Source: Alphaproteobacteria bacterium
GTDB lineage: Bacteria > Pseudomonadota > Alphaproteobacteria > GM7ARS4 > G965262615
Length of the DNA: 64,000 nucleotides
Assembly (NCBI GenBank): GCA_965262615.1
Contig: OZ253545.1
Coordinates: 480,001-544,000 of the forward strand
Reading direction: 5' to 3'
Position 1 is the stretch's first letter. Each line of letters begins with the position of its first letter. This document shows positions 49,831-58,785 of the stretch, one piece after another. Made by a program: the position numbers and the translations under genes. The notes under the pieces were generated by a model. That model was given only the letters and a program-made list of their open reading frames with translations, made no database searches and was not told the DNA's origin.

Positions 49831-51354
49831 ATGAAACTTCAGGATGCTTTGAAAGAGGCTTCTAAGGCTCTTTCTATTGATTCTCGTTATGAGAACTACA
49901 TTGGCGGCAAGTGGGTTGCTCCCGTTAAAGGTCAGTATTTTGATAATCCCAGCCCTGTTACCGGCAAGAAAATGTGCGAGATCGCGCGTTCGACGGCTGA
50001 GGATATTGAAAAAGCCCTTGACGCAGCCCATGCCGCTAAGGATGCGTGGGGACGCACATCCACCACCGAGCGCTCGAATATCCTCAACCAGATTGCGCAA
50101 CGCATGGAGGATAATCTCAAGTTCTTGGCGTTGGTTGAGACTTGCGACAATGGCAAGCCCATTCGCGAAACCACTCTTGCGGACTTGCCGCTGGCGATTG
50201 ATCACTTTCGCTATTTTGCGGCTTGCATTCGCGCTCAAGAAGGAAGCATTTGCGAAATTGATGATAAGACAATGGCTTATCATTATCACGAACCCCTTGG
50301 GGTGTGTGCGCAAATCATTCCTTGGAACTTTCCACTGCTGATGGCGACATGGAAACTCGCTCCTGCTCTTGCGGCAGGGAACTGCGTTGTTCTCAAGCCC
50401 GCCGAACAGACACCCATGAGCATCATGATCTTTGCCAAACTGATTGAAGATCTGTTGCCCCCTGGTGTGCTCAATGTGGTCAATGGCTTCGGTGTTGAGG
50501 CTGGCAAGCCGCTCGCTTCCAGTGAACGCGTTGCCAAAGTCGCCTTCACGGGCGAGACCACAACGGGACGACTCATCATGCAGTATGCTTCGGAGAACAT
50601 CATTCCTGTCACGCTGGAATTGGGAGGAAAATCACCTAACATTTTCTTTGCCGATGTCATGGACGAGAATGATGAGTTCCTTGACAAGGCGTTGGAGGGA
50701 TTTACCATGTTTGCTCTGAATCAGGGTGAGGTATGCACATGTCCTTCTCGTGCGTTGGTGCATGAATCCATCTATGACAAGTTCATGGACAAAGCCATTG
50801 CTCGGGTCAAGAAAATCAAGCAGGACAATCCCTTGCTGGATGACACCATGCTTGGCGCACAAGCTTCCAATGATCAGTATGAGAAAATCCTCTCCTATTT
50901 GGACATTGGCAAGAAAGAGGGCGCAAAGGTCTTGACGGGCGGCAATGCCAAAAAAATGTCGGGCGAACTGGCGGATGGCTACTACATTGAGCCAACTGTC
51001 TTTGAAGGCAAGAACGACATGCGCATCTTCCAAGAGGAAATCTTTGGCCCGGTGGTTTCGGTCACCAAGTTCAAGGATGAGGATGACGCACTTGCCATCG
51101 CCAATGACACGCTCTATGGCTTGGGCGCGGGTGTTTGGACTCGCAGTGTGCACAAGGCGTTCAACTTCGGTCGTGCCATCAAGGCGGGACGAGTCTGGAC
51201 CAATTGCTACCACCTCTATCCCGCTCACGCGGCTTTTGGTGGATACAAAAAGTCAGGAGTCGGCAGAGAAAACCATAAGATGATGTTGGATCATTATCAG
51301 CAGACCAAAAACACATTGGTCAGCTATGATCCCAATCCGATGGGATTCTTCTAA
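49831..51354 (+). CDS. aldB: aldehyde dehydrogenase (AldB/ExaC type)
   Basis: [37 protein letters not shown]; GGAGG RBS. Confidence 0.93.
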   Translation: MKLQDALKEASKALSIDSRYENYIGGKWVAPVKGQYFDNPSPVTGKKMCEIARSTAEDIEKALDAAHAAKDAWGRTSTTERSNILNQIAQRMEDNLKFLALVETCDNGKPIRETTLADLPLAIDHFRYFAACIRAQEGSICEIDDKTMAYHYHEPLGVCAQIIPWNFPLLMATWKLAPALAAGNCVVLKPAEQTPMSIMIFAKLIEDLLPPGVLNVVNGFGVEAGKPLASSERVAKVAFTGETTTGRLIMQYASENIIPVTLELGGKSPNIFFADVMDENDEFLDKALEGFTMFALNQGEVCTCPSRALVHESIYDKFMDKAIARVKKIKQDNPLLDDTMLGAQASNDQYEKILSYLDIGKKEGAKVLTGGNAKKMSGELADGYYIEPTVFEGKNDMRIFQEEIFGPVVSVTKFKDEDDALAIANDTLYGLGAGVWTRSVHKAFNFGRAIKAGRVWTNCYHLYPAHAAFGGYKKSGVGRENHKMMLDHYQQTKNTLVSYDPNPMGFF

Positions 51355-51363
51355 AGGCAATCA

Positions 51364-51398
51364 AAGGGTCACCGTTGTCAATGATGACGGTGACCCTT
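51364..51398. other. intergenic stem-loop (mRNA stabiliser or weak terminator)
   Basis: AAGGGTCACCGT/ACGGTGACCCTT 12-bp perfect stem; no U tract. Confidence 0.65.
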
Positions 51399-51422
51399 GT
51401 GCTTGGGAGAGGAGAATAAGTT

Positions 51423-51842
51423 ATGCGTTCTAATGAAATTCCTCGCGTTTCTTGTAGTGATGATGCCGCGCATCTCATTCGTGAGTTGCAGCAGCAGCAT
51501 GGGGCGTTGATGTTTCATCAATCGGGCGGCTGCTGTGATGGCTCTGCGCCGATGTGTTATGGCAGTGGTGAGTTCAAGGTGGGACGGCAGGATGTGTATT
51601 TGGGCATGATTGAAAACTGCCCTGTGTATATGGCGGCTGACCAGTTTGATTACTGGCGGCATACCCACCTCACCATTGATGTGGTGGAGGGGCGCGGTCA
51701 GGGGTTTTCTCTGGAAGCCCCTATGGGCAAGCGATTTTTGACCCGCTCGCGGGTGTTCTCTGATGAGGAAGCCACGCACCTGCAAGCGATGGGGGAGCCG
51801 CCGCGCGGTGATACTCATCCCCCTGAGGCGGTGATGGCGTGA
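51423..51842 (+). CDS. DUF779 family protein
   Basis: MFHQSGGCCDGSAPMC, HTHLTIDVV.GRG..FSLE; usual partner of aldB. Confidence 0.92.
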   Translation: MRSNEIPRVSCSDDAAHLIRELQQQHGALMFHQSGGCCDGSAPMCYGSGEFKVGRQDVYLGMIENCPVYMAADQFDYWRHTHLTIDVVEGRGQGFSLEAPMGKRFLTRSRVFSDEEATHLQAMGEPPRGDTHPPEAVMA

Positions 51843-51884
51843 GGCGCGTCACATTATTTTGTTTTTTGTTACTGATTTCGTATC

Positions 51885-52349
51885 ATGGATGACATAGAAC
51901 TGTATGCGGGTTTTTTTCAGCGATTTTTCGCGGCGGTCATGGATGTGATTATTCTTGGCTTTGTGACCTTCATTGCGGCAGCCAGTTTTTTCCCTGAATG
52001 GTTGCTGGTGAATCATGACTGGCAGCGCATGATGACCGAGCCCAATCCTGACATCATGCTTGACCCGTTTATTTTTCATCCGATGCACTTTGTGCTTCCT
52101 GCGCTGTATTACATTGGGTTTTATGTGTCGCGCTGGCAGGCGACTGTGGGGATGCGGATGATGGGAATTTACATCACCAACATGGAGGGCGGACGCATCA
52201 GCATCATTCGGGGTTTGCTGCGCCATGTGGCGGAGTTTTTGTCGGCATTGCTGTTTATGATTGGCTATTTGCTGATTCTCGTCACCCCCAAACGCCAGGC
52301 GTTGCATGACATGATTGCCTCCACCACGGTGCGGCGGGGCGTTTTATAG
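51885..52349 (+). CDS. RDD family membrane protein
   Basis: YAGFFQRFFA..D, QATVG, KRQALHDMIA.T.V. Confidence 0.9.
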   Translation: MDDIELYAGFFQRFFAAVMDVIILGFVTFIAAASFFPEWLLVNHDWQRMMTEPNPDIMLDPFIFHPMHFVLPALYYIGFYVSRWQATVGMRMMGIYITNMEGGRISIIRGLLRHVAEFLSALLFMIGYLLILVTPKRQALHDMIASTTVRRGVL

Positions 52350-52357
52350 GAGTTTTG

Positions 52358-52825
52358 ATGATGGCTCAAACATCTCATTATGCGTCTTTTTGGCAGCGTC
52401 TGGGGGCGGGGGTGATTGATGTGATCATTGTGGTGATTGCCTACGATGCGATGGCGGCATTCACCGTGCTGGGCATTGAGTGGGAGCGGGAACTGGAGGG
52501 CTTGCCTCCCATGGCTGTCCCCATGAGTGATGCCGCGTCTTTTTATCTCAACCTTATTCTCTCCGAGATTTTTTTGCTGGCGTATTTTGTGATTTTTTTG
52601 TCATCATCACGCCGTGCCACACTGGGCATGGATGTGTTTCGCTTGACTTTGGTGGATGAGGAGTCGCAAAAAGCGGTGACATGGCAAAGGGTGTTGCTGA
52701 GATATATCTCCATGACTTTTTCCATTGCCTTTTTGTTCATCGGTTTTTTGATGATGCTGTGGACGCCCAAACGCCAAGCACTCCATGACCGTCTGGCGAA
52801 CACAGTGGTATTACAAAGGGCTTAA
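52358..52825 (+). CDS. RDD family membrane protein (tandem paralog)
   Basis: YASFWQRLGA..ID, ATLG, KRQALHDRLANTVV. Confidence 0.9.
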   Translation: MMAQTSHYASFWQRLGAGVIDVIIVVIAYDAMAAFTVLGIEWERELEGLPPMAVPMSDAASFYLNLILSEIFLLAYFVIFLSSSRRATLGMDVFRLTLVDEESQKAVTWQRVLLRYISMTFSIAFLFIGFLMMLWTPKRQALHDRLANTVVLQRA

Positions 52826-52856
52826 TTGGCGGGTGGCTTTGTGATATAAGCCGTTC

Positions 52857-53864
52857 ATGACTCTTATTATTCCATCAAGCTCATCGTGTCTGTCACCCGT
52901 TCCTTACGACAATGAGGCGGCGTTTGAAAAAGACATTGTGAAGCATTATCCCCTGTTTTTTGGTGAAAAGACGCTGTTTATTCCCAAGAGAAAAATCAGT
53001 GGCGGAGCATTGGGTAACACCATTCCCGATGGCTTTTTGTTTGATTGTCGTGATGGTCAAAATCCGCGCTTTTACATCGTAGAAGTGGAATTGAGCCACC
53101 ACTCCTTTAGCCATATTCGTAGTCAGGTTGATAGGTTTTTGAATTTCTTTAACAGAAGGGAAATTCATGGCTTGGTTGGAACAATTTATAACACTGTTCA
53201 TAACGACAAAGAATTGAAGCAGAGATGGAATTCCTATTGCACTGGCGATATGCACCATTTGATGACGCGTAGCATTCAAGACCGTCACGGTATTCTTGTG
53301 CTTTTTGAGAAGAAAAATGATGATTTGGAAGAAGCGTTTGATGAGCATGGTGGGCTTTATGATTTATGGGAAAGGAAAGTGCAACGGATATTTATTCAAA
53401 AATATCAAGATGGTGATGATGTATTTTTTCACCAAGAAGGTGGGGTTGGTCAGCAAGAGATGAGTAATGTTTCAAGCAGTCGTAGGTTGCCTGAAACAGA
53501 GGAAGAGCATTTGCGTGTGTGTTCGCCGTCTACACGCGAGACTTATGCAAAAATAAAAGCCATGTTTCTTGAAAATGGTTTAGAGCAAAGAGTTGTTGGT
53601 GCTTACATTGGCTTTTGGATTAACGGCAGGCGGCGTGTTAAAATGTTTCCTCGCAGGGATTATTTTCATGTCTATGTTTTGCATGACGACTACAAATATT
53701 TCCATGATGGCGACAATGGGGATAGACACGCTCAATTGAAAAGCGTGGTGACACCATATCAGGTCATGTCGCCCAATGAAGGACACGACCATTTCTATCT
53801 AATCTTGGACAACGCCGACTACATGGACGCATTGCGGGCTTATATTCAGCCCGTTTTGTCTTAA
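52857..53864 (+). CDS. putative PD-(D/E)XK nuclease with C-terminal DUF5655-like domain
   Basis: YDNEAAFE, IPDGFLFD..FYIVEVELSHH; C-terminal half paralogous to 54671-55069. Confidence 0.65.
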   Translation: MTLIIPSSSSCLSPVPYDNEAAFEKDIVKHYPLFFGEKTLFIPKRKISGGALGNTIPDGFLFDCRDGQNPRFYIVEVELSHHSFSHIRSQVDRFLNFFNRREIHGLVGTIYNTVHNDKELKQRWNSYCTGDMHHLMTRSIQDRHGILVLFEKKNDDLEEAFDEHGGLYDLWERKVQRIFIQKYQDGDDVFFHQEGGVGQQEMSNVSSSRRLPETEEEHLRVCSPSTRETYAKIKAMFLENGLEQRVVGAYIGFWINGRRRVKMFPRRDYFHVYVLHDDYKYFHDGDNGDRHAQLKSVVTPYQVMSPNEGHDHFYLILDNADYMDALRAYIQPVLS

Positions 53865-53949
53865 TTCACCTGACGGCTTGCCTTCGTCAATCGTTCTCGC
53901 GATTGATACCAACGAAATTTTTGACTACCATGAACACTGAGCAGGAATT

Positions 53950-54495
53950 ATGAGTGAAACATTCACCATCACACGCACCGAGCAACGAGGCGAAGCCACA
54001 TTGGGCATGATGACTGACGAGAACGGCGCGGCTTTGTGTTGGACGCTTGAGGATTTGCAGCGTGCCGAAAAGATGGGTGGCGAGACCGCAATCCCTGTGG
54101 GGCGTTATGAGTTGATTGCTCAAAGCGAGAGCAAATTCATGGGTGTCTATCAGACGAAGATGGAGGGGTGGGGGATTTCTCATCCTTTCATGATTGAGTT
54201 GGCTGATGTGCCTGATTTTCGCTACATTTTGATCCACTGCGGCAGAACGCACGGCAACACCAAAGGCTGCATTCTGGTGGGTGACAGCAATTGCGTGAAC
54301 TACAAAGGATATGCAGAGGTGAGGGGCAGTTGGCAGGCATACAAGAGGATTTATCCGTTGCTTCGTGATGCGGTCAATGGCGGCGGCGGCTGGATTCAGA
54401 TTGTCAATGAGGTGCGAGGTGAGGAGGGGCTCACGCCACCCGACGACTCACATCCGCCAATCTTCGGCACACCAGACCGAAAAAATCCGAATTGA
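53950..54495 (+). CDS. DUF5675 family protein (phage-associated)
   Basis: TLG, CWTLED, GETAIPVGRY, DVPDF.YILIH.G...TKGCILVG. Confidence 0.82.
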   Translation: MSETFTITRTEQRGEATLGMMTDENGAALCWTLEDLQRAEKMGGETAIPVGRYELIAQSESKFMGVYQTKMEGWGISHPFMIELADVPDFRYILIHCGRTHGNTKGCILVGDSNCVNYKGYAEVRGSWQAYKRIYPLLRDAVNGGGGWIQIVNEVRGEEGLTPPDDSHPPIFGTPDRKNPN

Positions 54496-54635
54496 GAGAC
54501 ACGATTATTTTTATTTAGTCGTGGACAACACTGACCACATGGACGAGTTGCAAGCTCTCATGCAACCCGTCTTGTCTTAAGCCACCAGACGATTTGCCTC
54601 TGCCAGTCTTTGGTGCGTAAGTGCGAAAGTTTTTT

Positions 54636-54664
54636 TTGATTATGTGGCTTTTTAGTGCTACAAT
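54636..54664 (+). promoter_or_regulatory. sigma70-type promoter, probably leaderless
   Basis: TTGATT-17 bp-TACAAT with extended TG; ATG follows 6 nt after the -10. Confidence 0.6.
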
Positions 54665-54670
54665 CAGTCC

Positions 54671-55069
54671 ATGAACAATTTGAGCGAAAAAGAAATTTCT
54701 CACTTGCAAGAGTATCCAAAGTTCGTGCGCGCCATTTATGCAAGGGTGAAGGAGTGTGTTGACGAAAGAGGTTTGATTCCACGCGTAACAAAAGACTACA
54801 TCGCTTTTAGAAACGACAGAAATGTAATTGAAATGTATTTTCGTCAGGAATATATCCATTTCTATGTTTTGCATGACAATTATAGGTATCGGGATACAGC
54901 CAAAGTGCCAATGCGGGATGTTGAGCAGAAGAAGGATCGCATTGCAAGCATGGTTCAATCGTATGAAATTGAAGAACCCAACGAGGGACACAAGCATTTC
55001 TATTTAATTGTGGACAACGCCGACCACATGGACGAGTTGCGAGCTTTCATGCAACCCGTTTTGTCTTAA
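54671..55069 (+). CDS. stand-alone paralog of the 52857 C-terminal (DUF5655-like) domain
   Basis: Shared E..HL, YI.F, YVLHD.Y.Y, PNEGH.HFYL..DNAD.MD.LRA..QPVLS. Confidence 0.75.
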   Translation: MNNLSEKEISHLQEYPKFVRAIYARVKECVDERGLIPRVTKDYIAFRNDRNVIEMYFRQEYIHFYVLHDNYRYRDTAKVPMRDVEQKKDRIASMVQSYEIEEPNEGHKHFYLIVDNADHMDELRAFMQPVLS

Positions 55070-55074
55070 GCCAA

Positions 55075-56076
55075 ATGAATCTTTACGGGTCTTATCGTAA
55101 ATTATTGGCGAACAGCAAACACGCCGTTATAGCTGCCATTGAGATATACAACAAACCCAAATTTGAATATCGGGAAGAGATTTTTACAATATTGATTGCA
55201 ACAGCGTGGGAACTCTTCATCCTTGCTGTCTTGTCAAAAAACAAGCAACGCGTATTCGCTCCCAAAAAAAGGCACGAGGAATATAGAACACTATCCTTTG
55301 AAGAAGCCATAAGACAGGCAAAAAAGTATTTTCCTAAGGAAAAGTCACCTGATGCTGTCATTAGTAACATTCGTTCATTGAGAGCATACAGAAACACAGT
55401 GGTGCATTACTATCAGAAAGAGCAGAACAAACATGCAGTATACATGCTAGCCCATGCGTCTATCATGAATTACAGAGATTTATTGCTATCAATTTTCAAT
55501 CATGATATTGCCAGCGAAGTGAGTATTGTATTGTTGCCACTTAGCTTTAACCGCCAGCCAAACTTTGTTGAGTTTTTCAAAAAAACGCAAAAGAGAAATT
55601 TTACTCCATTCGTGAATGATCTTTTTACATCTATGCAAGCATTGGAGTCTATCAATGGTGTTGACACAAATCGCTTTATTACGGAATGTGTCATTAGAAT
55701 AGAGCCAGCTAATAGCATAAAGACCGCTGATGTTATAGTTAATGTCAAAGGTGGAGATGCTGAACATGTCGTTTTGAGGGACATTGATCCCGATGATAAA
55801 TATCCTTTTTTTCGGAAAAATATTATTGGTGATAAAAATACTCAAGTTCACAAAAATTTGAAACGCGGAATTAATTCATACCTGTTTCAAATAATTGTGT
55901 GGAAGTATTCTATCAAAAAAGACAGAAAGTATTGTTGGGCATCAAAAAAAGGTGGTTCGCCAAGATATTCCCAAAACATGATTAATTTTTTAAATAATCT
56001 TACTGACAATGAGATTGAAAGAGCGAAGGAAGAGTATAGGAATTTTCGGCAGAGAGAAAACTTAAAAAAGGTTTGA
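55075..56076 (+). CDS. DUF3644 family protein (HEPN-like)
   Basis: LL..S..A..AAIEIYNKP..YREE.F.IL...AWEL and an RNTVVH (RxxxxH) motif; AT-rich. Confidence 0.8.
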   Translation: MNLYGSYRKLLANSKHAVIAAIEIYNKPKFEYREEIFTILIATAWELFILAVLSKNKQRVFAPKKRHEEYRTLSFEEAIRQAKKYFPKEKSPDAVISNIRSLRAYRNTVVHYYQKEQNKHAVYMLAHASIMNYRDLLLSIFNHDIASEVSIVLLPLSFNRQPNFVEFFKKTQKRNFTPFVNDLFTSMQALESINGVDTNRFITECVIRIEPANSIKTADVIVNVKGGDAEHVVLRDIDPDDKYPFFRKNIIGDKNTQVHKNLKRGINSYLFQIIVWKYSIKKDRKYCWASKKGGSPRYSQNMINFLNNLTDNEIERAKEEYRNFRQRENLKKV

Positions 56077-56136
56077 AGAAATGAACAAAGCCGACCACAT
56101 GGACGAGTTGCAAGCCCTCATGCAACCCGTTTTGTC

Positions 56137-56952
56137 TTAGGCAACCTGACGGCTCACCTCTGCCAGTCGTTCTCGCGCCAAATTACAATAGTTTTCATCA
56201 ATTTCCATTGCGATAAAATGCCGTGCATGAACTTTTGCCATCACTGCGGTTGTGCCACTGCCACACATGGGGTCACACACCACATCGCCCTCATTGCTGA
56301 AACAACACAATAAGTCCGATGCCAGCGCATCGGGGTAGGTGGCGGGGTGCTTCATCTTGAGGCGATTGCCCTCTGTGTTGCTGGTGGCATAATTCCACAC
56401 CGTGCCGCGGCATTTTTTGTCATTCACCTTTTTTGGAGCAATCACCTTAAAGCCCCCATTTGTGAGTCTGTCCGTGCCGCTATAGGTTTTGCCGGCGTGT
56501 TTGCTGGCGATCATCAAATGCTCTTTGTGAAACACGCGCGGGCGCGCGCCTCGCAAAAACAACAAAATATATTCATGGTCTACACGAAACCGTCCGTTCC
56601 ACCACGCCCCCGGATTGCCATGACGCTGATAAATGCAACACTCAAACAAACGCAAATCCGTTTCATCCACCCAATTGACCGCCAGCCGAAAGGATGTCAG
56701 AGACTTGGCAAAATCCTTTGTGCCATCGCCAATCACCACCGCCACCACGCCGCCATCTTTAGTGATTCGTGCCAGCTCCTTGCCCAACGCCGTATAATCC
56801 CAGCTCCAGTCGCCGTTGTAATCACGAATTCCATCGTAGGGCGGTGAGAACAGGGTGAAAGAAATTGATTCATCAGGCAGCTGCGGCAACAATTCCAAGC
56901 AATCGCCATGCATGATGGCATCTCTCATCTTGGGGGGGATTTTTTTCGTCAT
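56137..56952 (-). CDS. site-specific DNA methyltransferase (beta class, N4C/N6A)
   Basis: GDCLE, FSPPY, HEY, HPATYP, DPMCGSGTT. Confidence 0.92.
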   Translation of the reverse strand: MTKKIPPKMRDAIMHGDCLELLPQLPDESISFTLFSPPYDGIRDYNGDWSWDYTALGKELARITKDGGVVAVVIGDGTKDFAKSLTSFRLAVNWVDETDLRLFECCIYQRHGNPGAWWNGRFRVDHEYILLFLRGARPRVFHKEHLMIASKHAGKTYSGTDRLTNGGFKVIAPKKVNDKKCRGTVWNYATSNTEGNRLKMKHPATYPDALASDLLCCFSNEGDVVCDPMCGSGTTAVMAKVHARHFIAMEIDENYCNLARERLAEVSRQVA

Positions 56953-56959
56953 GCAGTCG

Positions 56960-57526
56960 TTATCCGCCTTTCATGCGGCGCAATCGTTTTTCTCGCAGCT
57001 CGGGGTCTTCAAAGATGCGATTTTTCAAAAGCCACAGTGCGGTGCGTTCCCACGATTGGTCGCTGTTGCCGCGCAAATCGGCAGAATGTTGCTCCAGCAA
57101 TTGCTCGGTGTTGGCATCACGCATATAGACGGTGATGCTCATAATCAGATTGCTCACCTTATGCACCAAACACCCCAGCGAGTGAGTGGCATTGATGGCG
57201 CGCGCCAGCTTCGCCTCACAGCCGTTGCAGGTGCTGATGATGCCGTCTTTTGCCAGCCGTGCATACGGGGAATCCACCGTGGATGCTTGCGCGCCCGAGA
57301 TGGTGGTGTAGCGCGCGTCCTTGTCATAGCCCTCGGTAATCAATTGCGTGACGCGATCCAGACGCTTTTCTTCCTGCGCCTTTTGAATGGGGTTGGATGC
57401 GCCCGAGGTGTCAAACATCTCACAGCGAAAAATGGCGATGGTGCGGGTGTCCTCACCGAACGCGCTGGATGACGGCAAGACGGCAAGCACAAGTGCGGCA
57501 AGGCATAGATGGCGAATATGGTTCAT
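56960..57526 (-). CDS. DUF3280/DUF2380 family exported protein
   Basis: Signal peptide; CNGCE, VHKVSNLI, SADLRGNSDQSW.R. Confidence 0.8.
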   Translation of the reverse strand: MNHIRHLCLAALVLAVLPSSSAFGEDTRTIAIFRCEMFDTSGASNPIQKAQEEKRLDRVTQLITEGYDKDARYTTISGAQASTVDSPYARLAKDGIISTCNGCEAKLARAINATHSLGCLVHKVSNLIMSITVYMRDANTEQLLEQHSADLRGNSDQSWERTALWLLKNRIFEDPELREKRLRRMKGG

Positions 57527-58017
57527 GTTTCTGCTCCTTTGAGGGCGATGGTATCAATGGCTTTTTTGAGTGACAAGGGGTCATCTAGGTTTGGCAGTTG
57601 GATTGAGCCGCTGCCCACATCATTGATGCGAATGGTGCCGTAGTCCAGCATGCGCCCCATGACCGATTGCGCGACATTGACCTCGGCGATGCGTCTGGCG
57701 GCGATTTCTTCCATGCGGCGAGAGACGAGTCCTGTTTTGTAGATGATGCGGCGGTCGGAGATCATCACATGGGTGCTCCACTTGATGGCGCGATTATCCG
57801 CCGCCAGCAGCACGCACGACACTCCCATGATGAACAGAAAATGGTCAAGAAACGGACGCCCATCCGCCACATCAACATAAATCGCAAAAAACGCAATGAT
57901 GGCAAGTCCCCCATAAATCTGAAACAACACATCATAAAACCAATGAAAGCGCGCACTATAGATGATGCGCTCTTCGGGTTGGCGAATCTGCTCAAAATAC
58001 TCAGCTCCCTCATTCAT
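57523..58017 (-). CDS. bacterial PH-domain (bPH_2) membrane protein
   Basis: Two TM helices; RIIYKTGL, V.QS..GRMLDYGTI. Confidence 0.85.
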   Translation of the reverse strand: MNEGAEYFEQIRQPEERIIYSARFHWFYDVLFQIYGGLAIIAFFAIYVDVADGRPFLDHFLFIMGVSCVLLAADNRAIKWSTHVMISDRRIIYKTGLVSRRMEEIAARRIAEVNVAQSVMGRMLDYGTIRINDVGSGSIQLPNLDDPLSLKKAIDTIALKGAET

Positions 58018-58075
58018 GGGATGAGTGTAGCAGTGAAGACACCAATAAGAAAGGTGGTTGTGGGGTGCAAGGTTC

Positions 58076-58666
58076 TCACACCACCACTTTTTTTTCGTCT
58101 ACTTTATTAATTTTCTCACGCCGAACTGATACAGCTTTTTCAACCAATTGCGGCAACTGATTATTATAAGCGGCAACTTGTTCGCCAGACCAGGTCACAT
58201 ATTCTTTGAGCAGTTCCAATTTCTGCTCAAAATCTTTATTTAATTTTTTAGGATTTGAACAATCATCAGAGTCAAGAGGGTACGAGATAGAAATCCGCAC
58301 TTTATCGCCCACCACCTCGCCAGGGCAACCAAGCATGGTTAATGTGGGTGTTTGACATTCAAAAAGCCAATACTCACCTTCAAAAGGGATATCGGCATTA
58401 TATTGCACTCCATCCACAGAGGGATAGTGATGGTATATTGAGTGACGAGACATCTCAATTTTTGTTTCCTTGCCGTCATGCTTTTCTATTTGTTCTTCAT
58501 GAAGAACAAGAGGCTCAATTTTTAATGGAGCGACGATGCCGTCAATGATGGCTTTGTCATTTGAGCTTGAGAATTGATCTCTAGGAATTTTCTCTACCAT
58601 AGAGGCAATTTTTTGCTTTCGTTGTTCAATCTGCGCATACAAATAGCGTTGCCTGAAAAGTGTCAT
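58076..58666 (-). CDS. hypothetical protein
   Basis: 196-aa AT-rich ORF with AAGGAG RBS; no motif recognised. Confidence 0.65.
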   Translation of the reverse strand: MTLFRQRYLYAQIEQRKQKIASMVEKIPRDQFSSSNDKAIIDGIVAPLKIEPLVLHEEQIEKHDGKETKIEMSRHSIYHHYPSVDGVQYNADIPFEGEYWLFECQTPTLTMLGCPGEVVGDKVRISISYPLDSDDCSNPKKLNKDFEQKLELLKEYVTWSGEQVAAYNNQLPQLVEKAVSVRREKINKVDEKKVVV

Positions 58667-58701
58667 TTCTCACTCCTTGATTTTTGAGTTTGAAGAAAAT
58701 T

Positions 58702-58785
58702 TTAACCGCGACGGCTTTTGCCGATGTAGACAGTCTCGCGACCCTTTTTCAATCTATAGACTTTGGTGTCCTGTTTTTTAGGCAT
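58702..58785 (-). pseudogene. truncated GIY-YIG-like ORF (27 aa)
   Basis: AAAGGAGG RBS then MPKKQDTKVYRLKKGRETVYIGKSRRG*. Confidence 0.55.

Larger units (their letters stand above)
53782..56177 (+). repeat. four direct repeats (~53782-53901, 54498-54617, 54987-55073, 56085-56177) separating single genes
   Basis: Core GACCACATGGACGAGTTGCAAG..TCATGCAACCCGTTTTGTCTTA, most diverged in copy 1; right arm ACCTGACGGCT..CCT seen in copies 1, 2 and 4. Confidence 0.95.

Noticed and set aside
53782-56177. CRISPR array or canonical integron
   Set aside because: Spacers are whole genes, the repeats are long, degenerate and derived from coding sequence, and there is no cas gene, intI or canonical attC end
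49639-58068. Composite transposon defined by the 26-bp inverted repeats
   Set aside because: No transposase or target-site duplication, and the interior includes the displaced tkt tail and host-like genes; kept only as an unexplained repeat
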